Assembly: GCA_017529935.1 (NCBI GenBank)
Contig: JAFXNB010000057.1
Span: 1 to 54,892 of the forward strand
DNA: 54,892 nucleotides
Direction of reading: 5' to 3'
Source of the DNA: Selenomonadaceae bacterium
Lineage (GTDB): Bacteria; Bacillota; Negativicutes; Selenomonadales; Selenomonadaceae
Under the pieces are notes generated by a model. The model worked only from the letters and a program-made list of their open reading frames with translations, was not told the origin of the DNA and searched no databases. This document shows positions 28,315 through 37,546 of the stretch, piece by piece (the first letter of the stretch is position 1; the number at the start of each line of letters is the position of its first letter). The translations under genes were made by a program, and so were the position numbers.

Positions 28315-29775
28315 TTGTTGGTTCACGAAATTATAAACAACGGACAGAGCGAAGCCATCGCAATCGTCGACGAGGGACGGCAGATAACCTACGCCGCGCT
28401 CAAGCAGGGCATAAAAAAATATCGCAACCGCCTCTATGAACTGGGCATTCGTCAAGGCGACCGCGTCGGGATTTTCTCCCGCAATAGTTTGGAATTCGTC
28501 TACGCTTACATGGCAACGGCGTCGCTGGGCGCAATCAACGTCCCGATAAATTTTCAGCTCAGCACGCGCGAGACCGCTTACATTTTGCAGGACGCCGGCG
28601 TCGAACATTTGCTGACTTATGAGCCGCTGACCTTCGAGGAGCCGCTTAATGTCGTTCAACATGACATTGCGACGTTCGGCGATAAAATTTCTCCCGACGC
28701 ACCCGAATTGCCCGCCGATTTTAGCGAGAATAATCCCTGCGTCATAATCTACACTTCCGGCACGACCGGCAATCCTAAAGGCGCAGTCTTGTCGCATAAA
28801 AATCTTGTCTGCAATACCCGCCAATGCGAAGTTTTCAAATGCCACAGCAAATGCAAAGTTCTCTGCGTCCTGCCGATGTATCATTGCTTCGGTTGGACTT
28901 GCGTCGTGCTCAATACTTTCTATCGCGGCGCGGAACTTGATGTTATGCGCGTGTTCAAACCCAAAGATATGGTTGACATGGTGCGCGACCTTGAAATCAC
29001 CGACATTATTATTGTCCCGTCGATTTTCAAGTTGGTCACCGGAATTGCCAAGCCCGAAGATTTTAAGAGCGTGCGATTTTTCATGCGCGGCGGCACGACT
29101 TTACCAGATAAAATTGTCGAAGAGTTCAAGAAAAAATTCAACAGGAAGATTGCGGAAGGTTACGGACTTTCCGAGGCGTCGCCGGCTGTTTTCCTCACCA
29201 CCCACGGCGAAGAACGGCAAGGCTCCTGCGGTAAATTGCTTGAGGGCACGGAAGTTCGGCTGGTCGACGAGGACGGCAACGACGTGGCTCCGGGCGAAGT
29301 CGGCGAAGTTTTGGTGCGCGGCGGTCAAGTCATGCTCGGCTACTGGAACAATCCAAAAGCTACGGCGGAAGCTCTCGACGCGGACGGCTGGCTCCACACC
29401 GGCGACGTTGGCAAAGTCGACGCGGACGGCTATTATTATATCGTCAGCCGAATCAAGGAAATGATTATCAGCATGGGCGAAAATATTTATCCGCGCGAAG
29501 TCGAAGAGGTCGTTTATCAGTTCAAAGGCATTAAGGACGCGGCGGTTATCGGCGTCGATGACAAATTGCGCGGGCAAGTCGGCGCGTGTTTCTTTGACGT
29601 GCAGGACGGCGCGACGGTCGACATTCGCGAGCTTAAGAAGTTCCTGCAGAAAAATCTTGCGCTGTATAAAGTTCCCCGCGAATTCAAACAAATAGCTGAA
29701 ATGCCGCGCACGTCCACGGGCAAAATCGCCAAACGAAAAATTTTGGAAGATTATCTTGCGGCGAAAGGGCTTTGA
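28315..29775 (+). CDS. AMP-forming acyl-CoA ligase (FadD-like)
   Basis: AMP-binding motif IIYTSGTTGNPKGAVLSHKNL. The likely start is TTG 28315, 10 nt after GGAG. The ORF-track start at 28267 overlaps ycdX. Confidence 0.8.
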   Translation: MLVHEIINNGQSEAIAIVDEGRQITYAALKQGIKKYRNRLYELGIRQGDRVGIFSRNSLEFVYAYMATASLGAINVPINFQLSTRETAYILQDAGVEHLLTYEPLTFEEPLNVVQHDIATFGDKISPDAPELPADFSENNPCVIIYTSGTTGNPKGAVLSHKNLVCNTRQCEVFKCHSKCKVLCVLPMYHCFGWTCVVLNTFYRGAELDVMRVFKPKDMVDMVRDLEITDIIIVPSIFKLVTGIAKPEDFKSVRFFMRGGTTLPDKIVEEFKKKFNRKIAEGYGLSEASPAVFLTTHGEERQGSCGKLLEGTEVRLVDEDGNDVAPGEVGEVLVRGGQVMLGYWNNPKATAEALDADGWLHTGDVGKVDADGYYYIVSRIKEMIISMGENIYPREVEEVVYQFKGIKDAAVIGVDDKLRGQVGACFFDVQDGATVDIRELKKFLQKNLALYKVPREFKQIAEMPRTSTGKIAKRKILEDYLAAKGL

Positions 29776-29776
29776 C

Positions 29777-30340
29777 ATGAAAAAATTTTTAGCGGCGTTG
29801 GCAGTGCTGTTTACGTTGTCCGCGCAGGTCGAAGCGATTCCCTTCACGCGCACGCAACTTGATAACATTTTCGCGGGCGCGAGGCAAGTGCAAAGTGATT
29901 CGACGTTCGATTTAAATGCCGAGACGTTCAAGGAAAAATTCAACGCGACGATTGTGCCGATACTCAAAAACGCCATGGGTCGCGACGACGTTTCAGAGAT
30001 GGAGTATCTCTTTTTGATTAAGGATTACAAAATTATCGGCGAGACTTTCGTGAACATGTTCGGCGATTATCGGCTGATGGTCGTCGGGAACTGCGCGGCG
30101 GACGGCAAATTTAAATCGCTGAGTTTCTGCTACACGACGCCCGAAGAACGCGACGAATCGATTTTTACAATCTGGCTGTTGTCGGCGTTCGTTAAAAGTA
30201 TCGCGCCCGAAGTTGACCCGCAAACTTTGATGAACGAGCTGACAGCGGAAAATTCTTCGGGCAACGTCGTCAAGGGCAATGTGGAGTTTTCAATCGCGGC
30301 GGACGGCAACTTAAATACATTAACGGCGCGTCCCAAATGA
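29777..30340 (+). CDS. Secreted hypothetical protein
   Basis: Signal peptide MKKFLAALAVLFTLSAQVEA. The ATG is 1 nt after the ligase stop. Confidence 0.6.
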   Translation: MKKFLAALAVLFTLSAQVEAIPFTRTQLDNIFAGARQVQSDSTFDLNAETFKEKFNATIVPILKNAMGRDDVSEMEYLFLIKDYKIIGETFVNMFGDYRLMVVGNCAADGKFKSLSFCYTTPEERDESIFTIWLLSAFVKSIAPEVDPQTLMNELTAENSSGNVVKGNVEFSIAADGNLNTLTARPK

Positions 30341-31134
30341 ATAATTTTATCGTGACGACGACGCGCAAACCCGACTTTGCTACAGAAAATTTAGCGGCGG
30401 AACTTTCCTTGAAATTCGGCAGAAAATTCGTCAGGCGCGAGGATTTTTCCTTCGACACGCTGAAAAAAATTCACGGCGCGGAAAATATTTTGCTCGTCAA
30501 GAAAAATTCGCTCAGTATCGTCACGGCGGACGGCGAATTATTTTTTCACCCGAACACCGCGCACTTGCGAATTAAAAATCTGCGCGGCGGCGAGGGCGAC
30601 CGATTGATTGACGCGCTGAAAATTTCCGCCGGCTCGAAAGTTTTGGATTGCACGCTGGGCTTAGGCTCCGACGCCATTGTCGCAAGTTTTATCGCGGGCG
30701 AGACGGGCAAAATCGTCGCGCTGGAAATTAATCCGTTAATCGCGGAAATCGTTCGCCACGGCTTGAAAAATTTTTCCGACGACAGCCCGCACATTTTGCA
30801 AGCCATGCGCCGAATCGAAGTTATCAACGCCGATTGCGGAGAATTTTTAAAGAACTGCGCGGCTAATTCGTTCGACGCGGTTTATTTCGACCCGATGTTC
30901 CGCCGCCCGATTAAAAAAAGTTCCGGACTTAATCCGATTCGCCCACTCGCCGATAATCGCCCGCTTACCGAAAAAATTATCCGTGAAGCGTGCCGCGTGG
31001 CAAAATTCCGCGTCGTCATGAAGGAACATTCAGGTAGCGGCGAATTTGAGCGGCTCGGCTTTAAAATTTTAGACGGAGGAAAATATAGCTCGGTTGCCTT
31101 CGGCGCGATTGAGCTTACTGATAGAAATGTTTGA
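30337..31134 (+). CDS. rsmJ: Class I SAM-dependent methyltransferase, RsmJ (DUF548) family
   Basis: VLDCTLGLGSDAIVAS, AVYFDPMFRRP and FRVVMKEH align with the E. coli RsmJ motifs VVDATAGLGRDAFVLA, VVYLDPMFPH and KRVVVKRP. Confidence 0.6.
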   Translation: MNNFIVTTTRKPDFATENLAAELSLKFGRKFVRREDFSFDTLKKIHGAENILLVKKNSLSIVTADGELFFHPNTAHLRIKNLRGGEGDRLIDALKISAGSKVLDCTLGLGSDAIVASFIAGETGKIVALEINPLIAEIVRHGLKNFSDDSPHILQAMRRIEVINADCGEFLKNCAANSFDAVYFDPMFRRPIKKSSGLNPIRPLADNRPLTEKIIREACRVAKFRVVMKEHSGSGEFERLGFKILDGGKYSSVAFGAIELTDRNV

Positions 31135-32056
31135 CAGAGAAATTTTGCAGTATAAAATCGGCGGCTTGCTGTACATGCCCGCCTTCCAAAAAAATATCGT
31201 CCGGAAAATCGCAGAAAAAAAATTGCCGCATTTGACTTCAGCGGCTTTTTGTTTGGAAGATTCAATCCGCGACGAATCACTCGACGAGGCGGAAAAATCT
31301 TTGCAATTTATTCTGCGCGAACTCGAAAACTCGGAAAATTTGCCGCTAATCTTCGTCAGAATTCGTTCGCCGCGCCATTTGGAAATTTTCCACGACAAAA
31401 TCGGCTCGCGCTCGAAAATTTTAACGGGCTACATTCTGCCGAAATTCGACATGAGCAACGCAGGCGCATTTATCGAACTCGCCAAGCAAATAAAACTGCC
31501 CGTTATGCCCACGCTTGAAACTAATCGCGTTGCCAGCCTTTTGACGCGCCGCACGGAACTTTTATCGCTTAAACAAGCCCTAGACGAAATTAAAATTATC
31601 GTGCTCAATATCCGCGTCGGCGTCAACGATTTTTGCAATATTTACGGGCTGCGACGCAACGTCAATCAGACGATTTACGATTTGGGGATTGTTCGCGACG
31701 TGCTGATTGACATTCTGAACGTTTTCGGCGGAGATTACGTCGTTGCCGGCTCGGTGTGGAATTATTTCAGCGGCGCACTTTGGGCGGACGGCTTGCGCAA
31801 AGAAATTTTCCTCGACAGAGCCAACGGTTTTATCGGCAAAAGCGCGATTCACCCTGCGCAGTTGCCGATTATTTTTGACGGCTTGAAGGTCAGCCGCGCA
31901 AATTTCGACGACGCAAAGCAGATTCTGAATTGGCAATCGTCAACGCACGGCGTGCTTAAAAGTGTCGACGGCTCGCGCATGAACGAAATTAATTGCCACA
32001 CGAATTGGGCGCGGCGGATTAAAATTCTCGGCGAACTTTACGGGGTGATTGAATGA
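31127..32056 (+). CDS. HpcH/HpaI aldolase / citrate lyase beta (CitE)-like protein
   Basis: ..AAFCLEDSI.. and ..GKSAIHPAQLP.. ATG 31127 overlaps the previous stop by 8 nt. Confidence 0.6.
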   Translation: MFDREILQYKIGGLLYMPAFQKNIVRKIAEKKLPHLTSAAFCLEDSIRDESLDEAEKSLQFILRELENSENLPLIFVRIRSPRHLEIFHDKIGSRSKILTGYILPKFDMSNAGAFIELAKQIKLPVMPTLETNRVASLLTRRTELLSLKQALDEIKIIVLNIRVGVNDFCNIYGLRRNVNQTIYDLGIVRDVLIDILNVFGGDYVVAGSVWNYFSGALWADGLRKEIFLDRANGFIGKSAIHPAQLPIIFDGLKVSRANFDDAKQILNWQSSTHGVLKSVDGSRMNEINCHTNWARRIKILGELYGVIE

Positions 32057-33147
32057 TTTACACAGCCGACGACGTGTTAAAAGTCGCCAAAAGATTAAAC
32101 AACGCGCGGCGCAATTATTTGCTGGTCAATCCGTTGCAGGGCAAACATTTGCTGACGAAACCGACCGACGCGCTGGCGATGATGGACGCGCTCGGATTGA
32201 AAGTTGCGGAAAAATTCCCTGCGGCGCGTTTAGTTATCGGCTTCGCAGAGACGGCAACGGCTATCGGCGCGGTCGTCGCGAAAAATATTTCTGACGAGTG
32301 TTTTTATCTGCAAACGACGCGGGAAAATTTTGCGGGCGAGTTCGTGGAATTTTTAGAGGAGCACAGTCACGCGCCCGAACAAAAACTTTTTGCCGAAAAT
32401 CTTTCCGCGCTGATTGAGGCGACGTCCGAAATTATTTTTGTCGACGACGAACTTTCCACGGGCAAAACTCTTTTAAACATCGTCCGCCAACTCAAAAATA
32501 AATTCCCCGCGCTAAATGATAAAAAAATCTGCGCGGCGTCGATAATTAATCGTTTATCGGAGGAAAATATTAGAAATTTAGCTGATGAAAATATTTCTTG
32601 CGTCTATCTCGTAAAGATTGATAAAAATTTTGACGCGGAAAGTTTTTCCGTCACGGCGGCGCGTGCAGTAACTCCGATTGGCGAAAATATTTCGGCGCAC
32701 AAAATAAATTTCTCCGCTGACCCACGGCGCGGCGTTAAAATCGGCGAATATTTTAATCAGTGCGCTGAAATCGTTGATATTATAAATCGCGAAGATATTT
32801 CGGGCGAAATTTTAATTTTAGGCACGGAAGAATTTATGTTGCCCGCGATTGTTGCCGGAAAAAAGTTGGAAGAAAATTTTTCCGTTTTTACGCACTCGAC
32901 GACGCGTAGCCCGATTGGAATTTGCGACGTTGAAAATTATCCGATTCGCGAAGGTTTTAAGCTCCGCAGTTTTTACGATTCGACGCGCACGACGTTTATT
33001 TACAACTTGAAACGTTACGACGCGGCAATTATCGTGACTGATGCCGAAAATTTTTCTGCGGGGCTTGAAGATTTAATTTCTGCGTTGAAAATTCACGGCG
33101 TCGACAAAATTTTTTTCGTGGAGGTTAAAAATGTTCGGGACGTATAA
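32053..33147 (+). CDS. Phosphoribosyltransferase-domain protein
   Basis: PRPP-binding loop IIFVDDELSTGKTL. ATGA overlap with the upstream gene. Confidence 0.7.
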   Translation: MIYTADDVLKVAKRLNNARRNYLLVNPLQGKHLLTKPTDALAMMDALGLKVAEKFPAARLVIGFAETATAIGAVVAKNISDECFYLQTTRENFAGEFVEFLEEHSHAPEQKLFAENLSALIEATSEIIFVDDELSTGKTLLNIVRQLKNKFPALNDKKICAASIINRLSEENIRNLADENISCVYLVKIDKNFDAESFSVTAARAVTPIGENISAHKINFSADPRRGVKIGEYFNQCAEIVDIINREDISGEILILGTEEFMLPAIVAGKKLEENFSVFTHSTTRSPIGICDVENYPIREGFKLRSFYDSTRTTFIYNLKRYDAAIIVTDAENFSAGLEDLISALKIHGVDKIFFVEVKNVRDV

Positions 33148-34177
33148 GCCGCAAGACGTGACAATTTTATTAAAAGACATCAGCGGGCTTGTAAAACCGA
33201 TTGGAACGCGCGAACGCGAAAAATTAATTCAATCGGGGCGGCACTATTCGGAAATGTTGCCGCTGGAGTATGAGCCGTCGGTAAAATATTTGCGGGCGTA
33301 CTTCGACGCGCTAAATCGCTACGCAAAAATCACCGCCGCCGCCGTCGCAAGCGTGGCTGAAAAAATTTTCGCTGACAAGGGCAACAAAATCGCGCTGGTT
33401 TCACTCGCAAGGGCTGGAACGCCGATTGGGATATTGATTAAGCACTATTTAGAGCAAAAATTAGCGTGCGAAGTCGTTCATTATACAATTTCGATTATTC
33501 GCGGCGTCGGTATCGACAAAAACGCCGTGAATTTTATTTTGAAACGCCACAAGCCCGAAGAAATTCAATTCGTCGACGGGTGGACGGGCAAGGGCGCAAT
33601 TCAACGCGAATTAACCAGCGCAATGAAAAATTTTCCGCAAATTAATTCTGGATTAGCTGTTTTGAGTGACCCGGCGGGCGTTGCTGAAAAATGCGGCACT
33701 CACGAAGATTTTTTAATCGCAAGCTCCTGTTTGAACTCGACGGTTAGCGGACTTTTGAGCCGAACTTTTTTGCGCAAGGATATTATCGGCGCGGAAGATT
33801 TTCACGGCGCGGCATTTTATAAAGAATTAGAGGAAAAAGATTTAACGTATCAATTTATCGATTCTATCGAGAAAAATTTTGATGATTTTCCAGAAATAAT
33901 TGATTCAAAATTGGAATTTAACAGCGGACTTGATGAAGTTAAAAAAATCGCCGCCGACTTTAAAATCGACGACGTGAATTTAATCAAGCCGAGTATCGGG
34001 GAGGCAACGCGCGTTTTATTGCGCCGTTTGCCGTGGAAAATTTTAGTTCAGAGCCTTAACGATAAGAATTTGGAACATTTATATCAGCTTGCGGAGGAGA
34101 AAGGCGTAAAATTGGAAATTTATCCGCTGAAAAACTACAAAGCGTGCGGATTAATTCAGAAAATCGCCGATAATTGA
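33131..34177 (+). CDS. StiP-like protein (annotated cysteine protease StiP; PRTase-like plus PELOTA-type C-terminus in Ter-associated clusters)
   Basis: ..LVSLARAGTPIGILIKHY.. and ..FVDGWTGKGAI.. It overlaps the upstream gene by 17 nt. The family call is from memory and unverified. Confidence 0.5.
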   Translation: MFGTYKPQDVTILLKDISGLVKPIGTREREKLIQSGRHYSEMLPLEYEPSVKYLRAYFDALNRYAKITAAAVASVAEKIFADKGNKIALVSLARAGTPIGILIKHYLEQKLACEVVHYTISIIRGVGIDKNAVNFILKRHKPEEIQFVDGWTGKGAIQRELTSAMKNFPQINSGLAVLSDPAGVAEKCGTHEDFLIASSCLNSTVSGLLSRTFLRKDIIGAEDFHGAAFYKELEEKDLTYQFIDSIEKNFDDFPEIIDSKLEFNSGLDEVKKIAADFKIDDVNLIKPSIGEATRVLLRRLPWKILVQSLNDKNLEHLYQLAEEKGVKLEIYPLKNYKACGLIQKIADN

Positions 34178-34178
34178 C

Positions 34179-34868
34179 ATGAAAATACTTTTTGCTTGCG
34201 ATTTGGACAACACGTTGATTCATTCCTATAAAAAACGCCGCGCCGACGATATTTGCGTCGAAATTTACGACGGACACGAACAAAGTTTTATTTCGCCGCG
34301 TGCTTTGGAGTTAGTAAAGAAAATTGCCGCGCAGATTTTATTTGTGCCCGTTACGACGCGTTCAATCGCTCAATATCGCAGAATTTTTTGGACGGAGGAT
34401 TTTCGTCCGCGTCAAGCTGTCGTCACGAACGGCGCATTCCTTTTGGACGGCGATAACCAAGAAAATTTTTTAAAAAAAGTCGTCGCGCCCTACGAAGCGG
34501 AATTGAAACTTCAGCACGAAAATTTTTCCGATAATCCCGCGTTCGATATTTGCCGCATCGTCGACGAAAGTTTTTTATATTTGCGCTGTCGAGATGACAT
34601 TGACGCCGATAAAATTTCCTTCGACACGAGCTTGACGGTTCAGGGCGCGAACAAAAAATTTTATCTCTTCCCGCCCGAACTCAATAAGGGCGCGGCTTTG
34701 GAGCGGCTGATTGAAAAATTTTCGCCCGATAAAACTTTTGCGGCGGGAGATTCTGTCATTGATACGCCGATGTTGGAAGTGGCGGATATTTCGTTCGGCA
34801 AAGGTTTTATCGAATTCTCCGACGCCGAAGATTTCCTCGAAAAGATTCTCCGCGCCGCGTGTGTGTGA
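34179..34868 (+). CDS. HAD-superfamily phosphatase
   Basis: Motif I FACDLDNTLIHS (DxDxT). It starts 1 nt after the upstream stop. Confidence 0.7.
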   Translation: MKILFACDLDNTLIHSYKKRRADDICVEIYDGHEQSFISPRALELVKKIAAQILFVPVTTRSIAQYRRIFWTEDFRPRQAVVTNGAFLLDGDNQENFLKKVVAPYEAELKLQHENFSDNPAFDICRIVDESFLYLRCRDDIDADKISFDTSLTVQGANKKFYLFPPELNKGAALERLIEKFSPDKTFAAGDSVIDTPMLEVADISFGKGFIEFSDAEDFLEKILRAACV

Positions 34869-35052
34869 CAGCCAATCCCGTAAAAATTCAAAATCGCCGT
34901 CAATCGCTCAAATGTGACAATCGAACGGCGTTTTTTATTTTTTTGCGCCAAAATCGGGTTCAAACTGCTCATTTTCCTTGCCGCGCCACAAAATTTCTTT
35001 TACAATCGCCACAACGTAAGACAAAAAACTTTTCGGGAGGAGGAAATTTTAA

Positions 35053-35845
35053 ATGACACCGGTTGAGCGCAGAATTTTAATCAAAGTCTCGACGATGTAC
35101 TACCTCGAACACATGAAACAAACCGAAATTGCTAAACGCCTCGGCGTTGAACGCACGACTATTAGCAAACATTTAAAACGTGCCCTCGACCAAGGAATTG
35201 TGACCATAACCGTTGCCAACAAAAATTTTGAGGACATTGAATCAGCCATGGAAAAGCGTTTCGGGTTGAAGGAATGCTTCATTGTGCCGCGCAGCTATGA
35301 CCTCCTCGCCGTCAAACAGGCAATGGGTCGCGCGGGACTTCAACTTTTGCGCAGAAGTTCCGCAGATTGATTCGGATTTTGTTCCTTTGGACGGAGAACC
35401 GGAGAATATCGACAGCGAATTGCACGTGAACACGCTTTGCTACGAATTTGCGCGGGCGTTCGGCGGTCGTTGCCATTATATTTACGCGCCGGTCATCACT
35501 CGCACGGCTGAAATCATAAATGCTATCGTTCAGGACGCAAACTACGAAAAAATTTCCGACTTCTGGAAGAAATTGGACATCGGGCTTGTCGGTATCGGCG
35601 CGCCTGTTAAATCGTCGAATCTCGTTTGGATGGGCGAATTCGGTCGGCAAGCGATTGAATCTCTTTCAAGAACCGGCACTGTTGTCGAAATTTGCTCGGT
35701 TTTCTTCGACAAGAACGGTCGCGAAGTCAAAACGGATTTTTCAGACCGAATTATCGGCGTAGATCTCGACACGCTTAGAAATTTGAATTATTCAATCGGT
35801 ATGGCGGCGTCGCGTGAAAAAGTTACAGCGATTATGGGCGCGTGC
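35053..35845 (+). pseudogene. SorC/DeoR-type sugar-binding transcriptional regulator, frameshifted with an internal deletion and 3'-truncated
   Basis: The HTH ..HMKQTEIAKRLGVERTTISKHLKRA.. lies in frame A, which stops at 35370. The sugar-binding part ..DSDFVPLDGEP..YIYAPV..DIGLVGIGA.. continues in another frame. The usual ..GvswGrT.. segment is absent, and homology ends near 35845 at the cassette boundary. Confidence 0.65.
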
Positions 35846-36161
35846 GTCGAGTTTCGAGTCTGTGTTTGTAAAAACATTCACGCGAACAAAATTTTTGCGT
35901 CCGATTGATTTGCGCGGAAAATTCCTTGCCGCAATGAAGGCACGCGCGGATTTCTCGGCGTTTCAAAGCGGCGGCGGCGCATTCTGGCGAACAATGCTTG
36001 CGGTGTTTGCTCACAACGTCCGAAAAAATTTTGCCGCAGACTTCGCACGTTTTAATTTCGACAGCGCGGGTTCGTTCAGCGATTTTTTTACACTTCGCAG
36101 AGCAATAGGTATTATTGCTACGATTTGCGGCTTCGTACTCTCGACTTTCCTTGTGCTTCAT
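35832..36161 (-). CDS. Zn-ribbon-rich small protein (109 aa)
   Basis: ATG 36161 behind GGAGGCGTTATC. Three C..C/CS.EC units (YCSAKC; CEVCGK..HCSPEC; CLHCGK..FCSRECF). The last codons read into host sequence. Confidence 0.55.
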   Translation of the reverse strand: MKHKESREYEAANRSNNTYCSAKCKKIAERTRAVEIKTCEVCGKIFSDVVSKHRKHCSPECAAAALKRREIRACLHCGKEFSAQINRTQKFCSRECFYKHRLETRRTRP

Positions 36162-36330
36162 GATAACGCCTCCAAATTTTTGACAAACAGCCGACGAAAC
36201 GTTAAAATGAACGCGGAAGACGCCTCGACGGCTCGTGACAGATTCTAACATTGTCATTGTAGCTTATCGGAGCGTTTTCCGCAATATAAGAAATTTTTCA
36301 AGCCGATTGTTCACGCAGTCGGCTTTTTGT
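35832..36330 (-). mobile_element. Cassette 1 (about 0.5 kb): shared promoter/hairpin 5'-UTR module plus Zn-ribbon cargo gene, inserted between the sorC-like 3' end and the srlA remnant
   Basis: 36147-36285 is homologous to 37071-37208 and the distal hairpin 36301-36329 to 37211-37237. The flanks are truncated host genes. Boundaries are approximate. Confidence 0.45.
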
Positions 36331-36511
36331 TTATCTCGGCATTGCAAACGGAATCACGACGCTTGGACTAAATCACGTCGACCTTGCACTAAGATATTTG
36401 CTTATCGGTATCGTGATAAACTTCCTGCGCGGCTGGGGCACGGACTTCACGACGACTTATGTGCAAAAACAGCAGGGAATTTCGTTGAGCAAGCAGCTCA
36501 AGACGGCTTAA
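36329..36511 (+). pseudogene. srlA: 3' remnant of PTS glucitol/sorbitol EIIC (SrlA)
   Basis: Translates to VYLGIANGITTLGLNHVDLALRYLLIGIVINFLRGWGTDFTTTYVQKQQGISLSKQLKTA*. This matches the C-terminal third of E. coli SrlA (..FVYLGIASGLTTL..NFFRGWVTDLTT..). The N-terminal roughly 125 codons are missing. Confidence 0.7.
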
Positions 36512-36523
36512 GGAGGATTTAAC

Positions 36524-36725
36524 ATGGCTGATTATAAAGCGGTAGTCGTCAAAGCGGGCAGCGGCGGCTTCGGCGGACCCTTGACACTTATTCCCGACGG
36601 CAAAAAAAATAAAGTCGTCAACATTACCGGCGGCGTCATGTCCAAAGTCGCTGAACGGCTCGCTGAAATGACAGGTTGCGAACTCGTCGACGGATTTAAA
36701 ACGCGCGTGCCCGATGATGAGATTC
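36524..36725 (+). pseudogene. srlE: 5' remnant of PTS glucitol/sorbitol EIIBC (SrlE)
   Basis: MADYKAVVVKAGSGGFGGPLTLIPDGKKNKVVNITGG..ELVDGFKTRVPDDEI matches the SrlE N-terminus (..KGTGGWGGPL..IDGFK..). Homology stops where cassette 2 begins. Confidence 0.7.
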
Positions 36726-37085
36726 TTGTATCCGAACGTGAAGTTTTTGGTGGTCAGATTTCGGCAAAGCAACAAGATTCGAGATGTCGTTGTTGTTTTT
36801 GTCAAAGTCTACATGATGAATATCGTAACCGTCAGGAATTTCTCCATTGTAGCACGTCCATATAAACCTATGCAGACTAATCAACTTAAAATAACGACTT
36901 TCACTGCGCGGAGCTTTACTCGAATTAAAAATCAATCCGTTGAATTTCTGGTGCTTATCGTCGAGGACTTCAACTGTCAGCATGTTTCCTTCGACTTTAG
37001 CAATCATTTCTTCGACGGCGAACGATTCTTGCGGCGTTTCGACAGACTTGCGCAGGAGCTTGAAAAGTTTTTCGCGGTGTTTCAT
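36696..37085 (-). CDS. HNH homing-type endonuclease (129 aa)
   Basis: ..SLHRFIWTCYNGEIPDGYDIHHVDFDKNNNDISNLVALPKSDHQKLH.. is the HNH motif. The C-terminal roughly 10 codons read into the srlE antisense sequence. Confidence 0.7.
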   Translation of the reverse strand: MKHREKLFKLLRKSVETPQESFAVEEMIAKVEGNMLTVEVLDDKHQKFNGLIFNSSKAPRSESRYFKLISLHRFIWTCYNGEIPDGYDIHHVDFDKNNNDISNLVALPKSDHQKLHVRIQESHHRARAF

Positions 37086-37238
37086 GATAACGCCTCCAAA
37101 TTTTTGACAAACAACCGACGAGACGTTAAAATAAATGCAAGAAGACGTCTCGACGGCTTTGGTTGATTAGACATCACCATTGTAGCTTATCGGGGCGTCT
37201 TCTGCAATGTTCGATTGTCAATCAGTCGATTTTTTTTC
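36726..37238 (-). mobile_element. Cassette 2 (about 0.5 kb): the same promoter/hairpin 5'-UTR module plus HNH endonuclease cargo, replacing the middle of srlE
   Basis: It shares the 5' module with cassette 1, including the first codons MKH(K/R)E. It is flanked by srlE N- and C-terminal fragments. Boundaries are approximate. Confidence 0.45.
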
Positions 37239-37490
37239 GCGTTCGTCTCAATGTTAATCGGCGTTCAGATTGGTGAAGGCAATATCCCGCCGCATTTGGC
37301 ATTGCCCGCGCTGTTTGCAATAAATGCGCAGTGTGCTTGCGACTTCGTGCCCGTCGGTCTCGGTTTAGCGGAGGCTGAAACGGAAACTGTCGAAGTTGGC
37401 GTGCCTTCCGTGCTGTATTCAAGATTTATCACCGATCCCGTGTCAGTTATCCTCGCGTGGCTCGCTAGTTTCGGGCTTTACGAATCATAA
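37239..37490 (+). pseudogene. srlE: 3' remnant of SrlE
   Basis: [58 protein letters not shown].. matches the E. coli SrlE C-terminus ([41 protein letters not shown]). Confidence 0.75.
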
Positions 37491-37546
37491 TTTCAAAAAA
37501 AATAGGTCTTGCGACCATAAAATTATAAAAGGCAGGTAATTATACA

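Noticed and set aside
35053-35908. Treating 35053-35370 and 35282-35908 as two separate small regulator genes
   Set aside because: Together they form one SorC-type protein (HTH followed by the sugar-binding domain) broken by a frame change and missing conserved segments. The second ORF has no SD or plausible independent start.
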